DNA of 63,796 nucleotides, the filler included, from Octopus bimaculoides (lineage: Eukaryota), in NCBI RefSeq assembly GCF_001194135.2. It is 5 parts of 5 records of this genome, joined end to end, with 100 filler letters (N's around TTAATTAATTAA, not from the genome) between each part and the next. Parts side by side here need not be neighbours in the genome. Positions count along the whole stretch, not along the records: positions 31,164 to 48,010 come from NC_068986.1; positions 48,111 to 56,479 come from NC_068982.1; 3 more parts are not named here. One strand, given 5' to 3'. Both the position numbers and the translations under genes were made by a program. This document shows, piece after piece, positions 37,654 to 49,778 of the stretch (position 1 is its first letter; each line of letters starts with the position of its first letter). The notes beneath the pieces are model-generated. The model did no database searches. It was not told the origin of the DNA and worked only from the letters and a program-made list of their open reading frames with translations.

Positions 37654-39079
37654 CTGTATGGTGGCGCGATGTCGGGTCGCGTGGTTTCAAGTGGCGTACA
37701 GGAGTGTTGTATGGCGTGGTGTGATGAAGGGTGGGGTAGGGTGGGGTGATGTTTGGGGTGGTGATGCGTGGGGTGGTGGAGAGTGTGAGGTTGTGCCTAA
37801 ATGTTGTCGGGCTCAGGTGGTGGGGGTGGACGTAGATCAACGAGTATTTTTACAAGCGTGTTGTATCAATCTAGCTATCACAGGTACGGTGGAATAGGCA
37901 TGTTTTGTGCGCACACAATGTGCGTGTGTTTTTTGTGAGGCTTCGTGTATGTGTGTATGAGTATGTGTGTGTATGAGTATGTGTGTGTGTGAGGATGTGT
38001 ATGTGTATGTGTGTGTGAGTGTATGAGTTTTTGCGAGGATGTGTGTATGGGTGTATGTGTGTATGAGTGTGTGCGAGGAGGTGTATGTATGTGTCGTGTC
38101 AATCTAGCTCTCACAGGTACGGAGGAATATGCATGATTTGCGCGCACACAATGTGTGTGTGTTTATGTGAGTCTCCGTGTATGTGTGTATGAGTGTGTTC
38201 GAGGGTGGGTATGTGTGTGTTTCTGTGTGTGGCTGTGTGTCTGTATGTGTGTGTGTGTCTGTGTCTGTGTGTGCTTGTATGTGTGTGCGTACGTGCGTGT
38301 TTCCATGTGTGCTATGGTTGTGGGATAAGGAAGTTCGCATAACAAACACGAAATCAGATTTCGATCCTGCTTCGCGGTAACTTGGGTAGGTGTGTTTTTA
38401 CTATAGACTCGAATCGGTAAATTACTTATTAGTAGAAACTGGTACACGGGTACCTTTTTAGAACCCCACTGCGTGTTGTATATATATATGTATATATATN
38501 NNNNNNNNNNNNNNNNNNNNNNNNNNNNNNNNNNNNNNNNNNNNNNNNNNNNNNNNNNNNNNNNNNNNNNNNNNNNNNNNNNNNNNNNNNNNNNNNNNNN
38601 NNNNNNNNNNNNNNNNNNNNNNNNNNNNNNNNNNNNNNTATATATATATAATCTTAAACTTGTTTCAGTCATTTTGAAGGCAGCCATGATGGAACACCGA
38701 CTTGAAGGGTTTTAATTGAACAAATCGACCCCAGGACTTATTCTTTTCAAGCCTGGTATTTATTCCATTGGTGTTTTTGCCGAACCGCTAAGTTATAGGG
38801 ACATAAACACACCAACACTGATTGTCAAGCGGTGGGTGACAAACACAGACACAGATACACACATAGATACATAATTATACGTATATAAGCGGGCTTCTTT
38901 CAGTTTCCGTCTACAAAATCCACTCACAAGGCTATGGTTGACCCGAGGCTTTAACAGAAGACACTTGCCAGGGTACCACGTAGTGGGACTGAACCCGAAA
39001 CCATATGATTTGGGAGCAAGCTTCTTATCACACAGCCACGCCTGCGTCTATGTATATGTATATGTACACACGCACACAC

Positions 39080-39114
<35 letters not shown>

Positions 39115-40278
39115 CTTTCCCCACTCTCGCCTCCCCACCTCCTAACACCATCACATCACACCACGCTGCACCATATCACACAACACATCACATCACAACA
39201 CACCACCACGCACACACCAGCACTGACCAATTCCCATCCCGACATTTTCACACCACACCAACATACACACATGTATTTCTGTATCTCTCTATACCAATAC
39301 GCACACACACACATATATATATATNNNNNNNNNNNNNNNNNNNNNNNNNNNNNNNNNNNNNNNNNNNNNNNNNNNNNNNNNNNNNNNNNNNNNNNNNNNN
39401 NNNNNNNNNNNNNNNNNNNNNNNNNNNNNNNNNNNNNNNNNNNNNNNNNNNNNNNNNNNNNNNNNNNNNNNNNNNNNNNNNNNNNNNNNNNNNNNNNNNN
39501 NNNNNNNNNNNNNNNNNNNNNNNNNNNNNNNNNNNNNNNNNNNNNNNNNNNNNNNNNNNNNNNNNNNNNNNNNNNNNNNNNNNNNNNNNNNNNNNNNNNN
39601 NNNNNNNNNNNNNNNNNNNNNNNNNNNNNNNNNNNNNNNNNNNNNNNNNNNNNNNNNNNNNNNNNNNNNNNNNNNNNNNNNNNNNNNNNNNNNNNNNNNN
39701 NNNNNNNNNNNNNNNNNNNNNNNNNNNNNNNNNNNNNNNNNNNNNNNNNNNNNNNNNNNNNNNNNNNNNNNNNNNNNNNNNNNNNNNNNNNNNNNNNNNN
39801 NNNNNNNNNNNNNNNNNNNNNNNNNNNNNNNNNNNNNNNNNNNNNNNNNNNTTTTTTCTTATTTTCTCACTTTTCAGCGTCCTCTTTATATATATATATA
39901 TATAAAACAAATAATAAATGAGTATATGCATATATACGTACAAGTATGTGCATACCTACATCTACATGTATATATAGGTGCATATCTGGGTACAGGACAT
40001 TGCAAACAAAACGTGGACAAAAAAATAAGAAGAACCAGAGTACAGAAAACACACAGGCCACATAGAGAACATTTTCTTTCATCAGCTGCCCCCAATCTAA
40101 CATATATATATATATATATATGCATATACATACATACATACACATATACATATATATACACATACATACATACATACACACATAGACACACATACACACA
40201 TGTATTTCTGTATCTCTCTATACCAATACGCACACACACACATACACACATGTATTTCTGTATCTCTCTATACCAATA

Positions 40279-40341
<63 letters not shown>

Positions 40342-40971
40342 TTACACCCGCACAGCTTCACCGCGTGCCGCAGGTCGTCGCTCCAATACCAGAAACGCTA
40401 TCATTGTCACGCTTGCATTCCCTTTTTCCTTGTTTATTATTTTACTTTGTTGTTGGTTTGTGGTTGTTGTAAGGAATTGGGATGATTAGGTGTGGGGGTA
40501 GTTAGGACAGGGAGAGCGAAAGAGAGAGACCGAAAGAGAGAGACCGAAAGAGAGAGAGAGGGCGACAGAGGGAGAGAGAGAGTTCTGGGAGGTAGCCACG
40601 TGGACAGGTAAGATGGCAGGATGACAGACACCCACTCACAACTGGTGTGGAACCTAAGCTATTATCGAAGGATACCTAATGGCCCTTTAAACCGCTTTCT
40701 CTCTCGTCAAATTACTTATCCCCTAACACACACAGGTCCACACTGATATACATACCAGCATCATTCAGTTTCTCTTTAAATGTTAATGGGGCTGGATGGG
40801 TCGATGAGTCTCTCTATTGTGTGTGTTTGGTATGTTTGTGTAAAAAACACTTGTACGTATATGGCCATCTGTTGTTCCAGCGATCCATCTATACACGTAT
40901 CTGTTGCTCCATTTTTTGTCCGTCAATTTATCTATCCGTGTATCTGTCTATCTATCTAGCAACATTTCCAC

Positions 40972-41034
<63 letters not shown>

Positions 41035-41194
41035 TATTACTGTTAATTTGTGTCTATCTAATTGCCTATCAATCTACCCCTTATGGCATGTGCCCGCGTC
41101 TGTGTGGTTGTGTGCGCGCGCACATACACGCGGGCATGAATGTGCGCATGGTGATAACGAGACAGAAAGATTAAAAATCAATTAGATAGATAGT

Positions 41195-41228
<34 letters not shown>

Positions 41229-42596
41229 AATAGAGAGCCAGATTGCTTGATGGATACACTCACATACGCACAAAGTGAGTGGATAAATANNNNNNNNNNN
41301 NNNNNNNNNNNNNNNNNNNNNNNNNNNNNNNNNNNNNNNNNNNNNNNNNNNNNNNNNNNNNNNNNNNNNNNNNNNNNNNNNNNNNNNNNNNNNNNNNNNN
41401 NNNNNNNNNNNNNNNNNNNNNNNNNNNNNNNNNNNNNNNNNNNNNNNNNNNNNNNNNNNNNNNNNNNNNNNNNNNNNNNNNNNNNNNNNNNNNNNNNNNN
41501 NNNNNNNNNNNNNNNNNNNNNNNNNNNNNNNNNNNNNNNNNNNNNNNNNNNNNNNNNNNNNNNNNNNNNNNNNNNNNNNNNNNNNNNNNNNNNNNNNNNN
41601 NNNNNNNNNNNNNNNNNNNNNNNNNNNNNNNNNNNNNNNNNNNNNNNAGATAGATAGATAGATAGATATCAATACACGCACACACATACACATAAACACG
41701 CACACATATGATATGCATGTGTATATATATATATATATATATACACACAAAAGAGACCGATAGAATAAGTACTAGGCATCCAAAGAATAAGTCCTGGGGT
41801 CGATTTGCTCGACGAAAGGTGGTGCTCCAGCATGGCCGCAGTTAAATGACTGAAACAAGTAAAGAGAGAGTAAGAGTATACACACATACATGCATGGTAA
41901 AGATAGATAGATAGATAGATATATAGATAGATAGATAAATAAATTCAAAAAAGGATAAAACTCTTTTACAAGAATTTTATCAAGAAGCCAGTGTGTAAAA
42001 ATTCATAAGGGAAATTTCTATTCCCAAGAATATAATTATTCGTTTATATTTATATAAAGGGCATTATTATAGAAAAATAATAACGCCACACAGTGGACTT
42101 CTCAAAATAACCACATTTAGTACCTAATGCGAGGAAAAAACAACCAACAGAAGATGACCAACTTTCTTTTAAATAAACTTAATTGTGTATCGACCGATTT
42201 CGCGATTACTAGAATGAATCTAGATTTCGTTCATCAGCACAATATTGTCCCCAAAATATTATATAAATATAAAATATATTTATATAAATATATAAAAATA
42301 GATAGATAGATAGATAGATATCAGTCCCAATGTTTTCCAACAAGTTCTACTAATAGATCAAAATTTATTAAAGACATGTACCTTTTGTGTTCCTAATGCA
42401 ACCAAGACAGAAGGGTGAATGGGCATGAAAACCATGAACCTGTGTAAAAAAAACTTGGTGGGCTTTTATAGAAATTGATCATTTGGTAGACTGAAACCAT
42501 TCAAATATATTGGCGCAAGGATACGGTCGACTGACCCTCAATGTAAGAATTTGCATTTATATTGGATGATGAATTAATGTTGTGTGTATATCTATC

Positions 42597-42627
<31 letters not shown>

Positions 42628-43038
42628 CAATCTATCTATCTATCAGTCAAATTATCTGTATATATATACACGTGTGTGTATAAATATAAATTCATATGAA
42701 TATGCGTACACACACATACACACATGTATTCATATATAGATTTCAAATTTTGGCACAAGCTAGTAATTTTGGGGTGGGTGAAGGCTGATTACATCGACCC
42801 CAGTGCTCAGCTGGTATTTGTTTTATCGATCCCGAAAAGATGAAAAGCAAGAAAGGGCAGAATTTGAACTCAGAACGTAGCGACGGGCGAAATGCCGCTA
42901 AGCATGTTAGACGTTGTGCTAACGATAGCTATACATATAACATATATACATTTATCGTGTAATATGTATGAGTGCGCGCGCATTTGTGTGTATGTGTATA
43001 TTTGTATCTTTGTGGATCTATATGTGGAGGTGTGTGTA

Positions 43039-43103
<65 letters not shown>

Positions 43104-43580
43104 NNNNNNNNNNNNNNNNNNNNNNNNNNNNNNNNNNNNNNNNNNNNNNNNNNNNNNNNNNNNNNNNNNNNNNNNNNNNNNNNNNNNNNNNNNNNNNNNN
43201 NNNNNNNNNNNNNNNNNNNNNNNNNNNNNNNNNNNNNNNNNNNNNNNNNNNNNNNNNNNNNNNNNNNNNNNNNNNNNNNNNNNNNNNNNNNNNNNNNNNN
43301 NNNNNNNNNNNNNNNNNNNNNNNNNNNNNNNNNNNNNNNNNNNNNNNNNNNNNNNNNNNNNNNNNNNNNNNNNNNNNNNNNNNNNNNNNNNNNNNNNNNN
43401 NNNNNNNNNNNNNNNNNNNNNNNNNNNNNNNNNNNNNNNNNNNNNNNNNNNNNNNNNNNNNNNNNNNNNNNNNNNNNNNNNNNNNNNNNNNNNNNNNNNN
43501 NNNNNNNNNNNNNNNNNNNNNNNNNNNNNNNNNNNNNNNNNNNNNNNNNNNNNNNNNNNNNNNNNNNNNNNNNNNNNNNN

Positions 43581-43636
<56 letters not shown>

Positions 43637-44814
43637 TATAATTTAATCATGCCAAGGACCTATAATTTTTTAAGGGATGTTTGCATCCTGTCTGTCTAGG
43701 GTCGACCAACGAGCTGGAATGTAACTCCTTTCTACCTTGATGAAATACCCAATTAACCAGTTTCAATATGAAAATTTTAAATTAAATTAATTTAATTTAA
43801 TTTTTCTAATTCAATCAACTGGATATGGAAACGTTTGTAGGGATAAGAATTTCATACTATATTGATCTGAATATCTTTGAATAAACTCGTGTCTATACGT
43901 TAATTTCTCTGTATTTTCTTTTTCTCATTCTATATATATATATGACGAGCTTCTTTCAGTTTCCATCTACCAAGCCTACTCACAAAGTTTTGCTCAGCCC
44001 AGGGCTATAGTAGAAGATATTTGCCCAAAGTATCACGCAGAGCAATGTTGTTGGGGAGAATAATTCTTATCATGTTAATATGCATAAATGTCAATATCAT
44101 CAGCAGCAGCAATAGCAGCAGCAGCGACACCTTCTTCACGTTTTGTATCACGCTGTCTCCATCTGTCGTCAAATGACCTCTAACCTCTTGACCGCCTGGC
44201 ATCTGCCTTTCAGTCCTTAACAAGTGATTGTAATGCTGTGTGGGACTGTAACAATTTGAAAGGTCTCACGTTCAAATCGATTTAATACCCGTAACGTTAT
44301 TTTACTGTTAATGCGATTCTGCTCCATGCATTCGTTTCTCGATCCATTCTCCTACATCCATTGAAGTAAACCCTGTGGTGTTAGATCCTTATAACTGAGC
44401 CTCAGGAAACACCAAAATACAGCAAAGAATACAAACGATGCCTGTCAAACTCTCGTAAACATATAATAATTCTAGAGAGTTTGACAGGCTTCTTCAGCCA
44501 GCAAGTCATGCTACTCCAGGCCGACGACGAGCAAAAAACTCAGAAACATGTCCCTTGATGCAGGCATGGCTGGGTGGAGGTGCTTGTCTCCCCCTCGTAA
44601 ACATGAGGACACAGGAAATGTGTCACGGCCGACAGGAAGCAGTGCAGCTTCCTAGGGCTAAATAGCAGTAGTATGATTCCCTTCGTGGGACTGTCACGTT
44701 AAGTTGACAGCATAAAACTACTTTATCGTATCACTAGTGCATAAATCTCTCTGAGAGACTTAGAAATGTATCATTTCTTAAGTTTGATAAATCTCAAAGA
44801 AATACCATACAAAC

Positions 44815-45545
44815 ATACATACATACATGCATGCATACGTAGTAGCTGCTTTTTCATATACGAGCAGAGCCATTGCTTGAAAGAATTGAAATGAGTCATT
44901 GATGATGCAATGTGAGGCCTCTGTATGACTCTTGAGTCCAGTCAAAGATTTGCACATTCTATTGCATAATGCACAGCTGTGCTGGCTGGCAGAGGGAACA
45001 GATGTCACAATATGGAGTCTTCCCATTGAAAGACACATCTTTCCACATGTTGCACTTGTTCTGTTGTGAAAAATAGCCGTACCACAATTTACAAGGGGCT
45101 GATTCCTACGAGTTCTCTGATGGCTGACCAGGCCTGCATGACTCAAACATTTCCTCCCACAATTCACATACATACATGATGGCTGCGCCCTCGTTATCGA
45201 GTATGGCCATTGCACGAAGCTTAACTTAACGGTGCTGTGATCGAATGTGACTTTTTAGCCCAGCCAAAGATCTACAATGTCTTGCACAGAGTTGGCATCC
45301 AAAACCTTTACTGGCAATAGCTGGCTGTTGTTGTAATTGGGTTCCATGTACTTTTGCGTGTCGTTTAAGTCCTCCTGCTGAATCACACTCCCTTCCACAT
45401 GTTCGACAGACATGATTAGTATGGTGTGTAGCATCATCACCAACGGCCTGGTAGTCAATCATCGGTCTTGCTTTATGACTACGAAGATAACTCATGAGTC
45501 CAGCTTTACTGAAGCACGGTCTTGCACAGACACTGCATGTCAGTG
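44815..45545 (-). mobile_element. Two tandem RTE-like LINE 3' ends encoding C2H2 zinc-finger tails
   Basis: Repeated CxxCxRxCxSxxGLxxHxxxH motifs; each unit ends gcaatggc...ctcg...gcagc..(atgt)n, at about 45175 and 44820. Confidence 0.65.
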
Positions 45546-47235
45546 NNNNNNNNNNNNNNNNNNNNNNNNNNNNNNNNNNNNNNNNNNNNNNNNNNNNNNN
45601 NNNNNNNNNNNNNNNNNNNNNNNNNNNNNNNNNNNNNNNNNNNNNNNNNNNNNNNNNNNNNNNNNNNNNNNNNNNNNNNNNNNNNNNNNNNNNNNNNNNN
45701 NNNNNNNNNNNNNNNNNNNNNNNNNNNNNNNNNNNNNNNNNNNNNNNNNNNNNNNNNNNNNNNNNNNNNNNNNNNNNNNNNNNNNNNNNNNNNNNNNNNN
45801 NNNNNNNNNNNNNNNNNNNNNNNNNNNNNNNNNNNNNNNNNNNNNNNNNNNNNNNNNNNNNNNNNNNNNNNNNNNNNNNNTATATATATATACCCACTAT
45901 TTATATATATATATACCCACTATTCTTGGAATATTTTTGTGCCACTGTTTCTCTGTTTCTTTCCGTTACTTTGCTTCTCTTAATTTACTCTCTCTCTCTC
46001 TCACATACATACACACAAACATACACACACACACACGTATTTGCATACACGCACAAACACATATACATACATGCATATATGTATACATATACAAACACAC
46101 ACATACATACATACATACTCACGTACATATACATATATACATATACACACATACAAACATACATGCATATACACACATACATACATATACACACATACAT
46201 AAACACATACATATACACACATACATTCATGCACACACATAAATACATACATACACACATTTATACACACATACATGCATACACACTCACGGAGTAGATG
46301 AAACACGGACAACTGACGAAGAGGAATACTCTTTATGTTGCATGTCTCGTTTCTCTGTTTGCTTTTTTCGTTGTTCAAAAAAATGTTAGTTTTCTATGTT
46401 TTCGTTTCTCATTCTGTTTAACCCCTTTTTTATGTCCTGTAAAGATATATGCATGTATATATACATATATATGTAGGTGTGTACATACTTGTATGTATAT
46501 ATGCATATATTTATATATTATTTATATTATTACATACATACATACATACATAAGTAGTGGATTCGTCTGCCACATATTTTCTCTGACCAATGAAACATTA
46601 CTCTGTCAACAAGCGGAGCGTTTTGACACGCCAGAGTGGACAACGACAAANNNNNNNNNNNNNNNNNNNNNNNNNNNNNNNNNNNNNNNNNNNNNNNNNN
46701 NNNNNNNNNNNNNNNNNNNNNNNNNNNNNNNNNNNNNNNNNNNNNNNNNNNNNNNNNNNNNNNNNNNNNNNNNNNNNNNNNNNNNNNNNNNNNNNNNNNN
46801 NNNNNNNNNNNNNNNNNNNNNNNNNNNNNNNNNNNNNNNNNNNNNNNNNNNNNNNNNNNNNNNNNNNNNNNNNNNNNNNNNNNNNNNNNNNNNNNNNNNN
46901 NNNNNNNNNNNNNNNNNNNNNNNNNNNNNNNNNNNNNNNNNNNNNNNNNNNNNNNNNNNNNNNNNNNNNNNNNNNNNNNNNNNNNNNNNNNNNNNNNNNN
47001 NNNNNNNNNNNNNNNNNNNNNNNNNNNNNNNNNNNNNNNNNNNNNNNNNNNNNNNNNNNNNNNNNNNNNNNNNNNNNNNNNNNNNNNNNNNNNNNNNNNN
47101 NNNNNNNNNNNNNNNNNNNNNNNNNNNNNNNNNNNNNNNNNNNNNNNNNNNNNNNNNNNNNNNNNNNNNNNNNNNNNNNNNNNNNNNNNNNNNNNNNNNN
47201 NNNNNNNNNNNNNNNNNNNNNNNNNNNNNNNNNNN

Positions 47236-47543
47236 AAACCTAACCCTAACTCAAACCCTAACCCTAACCCTAACCCTGACCGTAACCCTGACCCTAACCC
47301 TAACACTAACCCTGACCCTAACCCTAACCCTAACCCTAAACCTAACCCTAACACTAGTTTTGTGAGATTTGGCTGTTATTTCTAGCATGTAAATAGCCTG
47401 CTTGGTGGGGGGGGGGATTGAAATTTTTCAAAAAATTTTTTTTCAGAATCAGAATCTCCATAGCCTAAAACGTGGGATTCCGTAAAAAAAAAATTAATAA
47501 ATAAGTGGGGAAAGGTTCAGATTACATATAGTCCATCTCTACC
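47236..47543. mobile_element. MITE copy A: about 19 (CCCTAA)-type repeats + SINE-like segment + long TIR; left part lost in a gap
   Basis: Telomeric tract 47238-47352, then actagttttgtgagatttggctg...; ends ttcagattacatatagtccatctctacc. Confidence 0.75.
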
Positions 47544-48010
47544 GTAACCCCTTCCAAGGTTCACAATTTCACTACAAGCGCCCTCGATACCATCAGTACT
47601 TAAGCCACTTCGTGGTCTCCCGATTTACTAGAAATAGCAACCAAACTTATTTGAAATTAACCTGAGCCTTGTGAGCAGGAACATTTCGGAGATGCACATT
47701 GGAAGGACTGTGCCTGTGATAGAAAGGGGCCGGCTTTGTCATACAGTGCACTCTTAGAATACTGTTTAAGGTACACGTATCTTTGGAATATTCGGCCACC
47801 TCGCATGTTAATTCAATGAGTGGAGCATTCAATTAATCGAACAATTTGTGGCGGCAACCACAATGTTAATGGCGGTGGTAGCGAGGATAATGGTATAATG
47901 ATTGGTTGATGGTGGTGACGTCAGCAAGGGGTTTCTATGTGTGCGTTGATGTGTTTGTTTATATATGAGATTGATCATTATTTTGTATGGTCTGTGTACT
48001 TGTGTATGTG

Positions 48011-48110
48011 NNNNNNNNNNNNNNNNNNNNNNNNNNNNNNNNNNNNNNNNNNNNTTAATTAATTAANNNNNNNNNNNNNNNNNNNNNNNNNNNNNNNNNN
48101 NNNNNNNNNN
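48011..48110. other. Artificial 100-bp join
   Basis: 44 N + TTAATTAATTAA + 44 N. Confidence 0.95.
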
Positions 48111-48500
48111 TACCAACCTTAAAAACAAAATATATACGGGGGTCTGAGTGAGAGAGGAAGATGCGAGACGTGCAAACGTTTTCGGCCACCTCACATAAAC
48201 CAATCAAGATACAGTGTTTTGAAACAGGAAAATCTCATCAGGCATAACTGTTTGGGGGGGGGGATCCAAAGAGAGTTGTGGAAACACTTTTCTATTGCAT
48301 ATTCAGTATTTTACTTCCTTTGGGGTCCACATTCAGTGAGTAACAGTAGTCCTGTCTTGTACTCTACTGAAACAGAGACTCTTTTGCAAATCTATGAGTC
48401 TTTACGAATTTGCTTATCATATTTATAACACTAGCTTTCGTTTTTGCCCTCTCATTTTCATAGAGGTCTGTGAGTTTACGTTCAATCTCGAGCAGTGTTT

Positions 48501-48750
48501 TTGGCTATCTTTCGTTTTCATTACATTTTACGTTATTTCTAATCCACGTGCGTTTGTTTATGTTTCCGTAAGAGGGTTTTAGGGTTAGGGTTAGGGTTAG
48601 GGTTACGGTTACGGTTGGGGTTAGGGACGGAATTCCCTAACCCTAACCCTAAAACCCTTTTACGGAAAGCGACGATCTTGTTCAGAAACATAAACAAACG
48701 CACGTGGATTAGAAATGACGTAAAGTGTCATCAGAACGAAAGATCGCCCA
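48501..48750. repeat. Palindrome centred on head-to-head telomeric repeats
   Basis: Arm ctaatccacgtgcgtttgtttatgtttc...ttaggg(x4, then variants) - GGAATTCC - (ccctaa)x3...gaaacataaacaaacgcacgtggattag. Confidence 0.9.
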
Positions 48751-48779
48751 GACATGTAATGACATGCCTAAGAGGAGGC

Positions 48780-48965
48780 GGGCCTCAAGCCACTTGACAT
48801 TAGGGAGGTAGACGTTTCCTAGAGAAAGTATTATAAGGCTGTCATATGTTAATACTTCTTCTAACTTTTCGATGCTCTCTTCGAACGTGTGCCTATGATT
48901 TGGTGTGTGTGGTGGACGATATTTAGAACGTATTACCATTTTCATCTGTTTACTGTGTACCATCA
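48780..48965 (-). mobile_element. LINE apurinic-endonuclease remnant
   Basis: YRPPH...TFEESIEKLEEVL...IILSLGNVYLPNVKW resembles the YRPP...GDFNLP.I.W motif. Confidence 0.6.
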
Positions 48966-49616
48966 GTGTGTCATAAATTGAGTTTGAGTGTCACAGGCTT
49001 GACACTTGCCGGGTGTGAATAACCGTTTCAACAATTTCAACCGCATCAGTTTGTTTTACTCATCTTTAATATCTCTGCCAACTTACCATTATCTATCAGG
49101 TTTCTATTAATCCAGTCTACATATAATAGCTCTAACACCTCAGTAGCAATTGACTAAGAAAAAGCATGACGTTTCGCAGCTTTTATAAGGACAGCGGTTA
49201 TGAAACTGACAAATAATATCAGTTCACCACCACAACAACTACACCCACCCTGCAAAAATATTGGTGGAATTTGGGGTCACACCAACACCCCGCCATGCGA
49301 ACAATATTGTTCATCCATATAATTCTATTGTTAAGGCGATGAGCTGGCAGAATCAATAGCACGCAGGACAAAATATTTAGCGACATTTTGTCCGTCTTTA
49401 CATTCTGAGTTCACTCCAGGTCCACTTTGGCTTTCATCCTTTAGGGATAGATAAAATAATAAGTACTTGTCGAGTGCTGGGCTCGATGTAATTCACTTAC
49501 CCACACATCCTAAATTGCTGGCCTTGTACTAAAATTAGAAACCAATATATTTGCTGTTGTTGAGTTTTATTTTCGTGCTTTAAATATAAACTAACTCTTG
49601 TCTTTCTATCTTCTAG

Positions 49617-49778
49617 GCAAACTCAATGGCCCAAATTGGAAATATAGCAGGTGCAAAGGAAGCAAACGTTAAAGCAAGACTATTCATCATATTATCAGTA
49701 GGTCTTGGTTTTGGTGTTACGCTTGCAGTTATCCTGCCCTTTGTTGTAATAGCTGCGACTTCTGCGAGTATTGATTAA
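49617..49778 (+). CDS. Terminal exon of a CD225/dispanin (IFITM/PRRT-like) membrane protein
   Basis: tctttctatcttctag|gca aac...gat taa; ANSMAQIGNIAGAKEANVKARLFIILSVGLGFGVTLAVILPFVVIAATSASID*. Has the A...G...GA..A...AR pattern followed by a C-terminal TM helix; AATAAA near 49859. Confidence 0.75.
   Translation, partial: ANSMAQIGNIAGAKEANVKARLFIILSVGLGFGVTLAVILPFVVIAATSASID

Noticed and set aside
47236-47352. True chromosome end
   Set aside because: The tract is short, degenerate and embedded in a MITE shared with 55740-56028.
48280-48340. Possible upstream dispanin exon (..YCIFSILLPLG..)
   Set aside because: Lacks the conserved cysteines and phase agreement with the exon at 49617.
49160-49200. 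GAAACGTC motif on the minus strand
   Set aside because: No CUGANGA core upstream.
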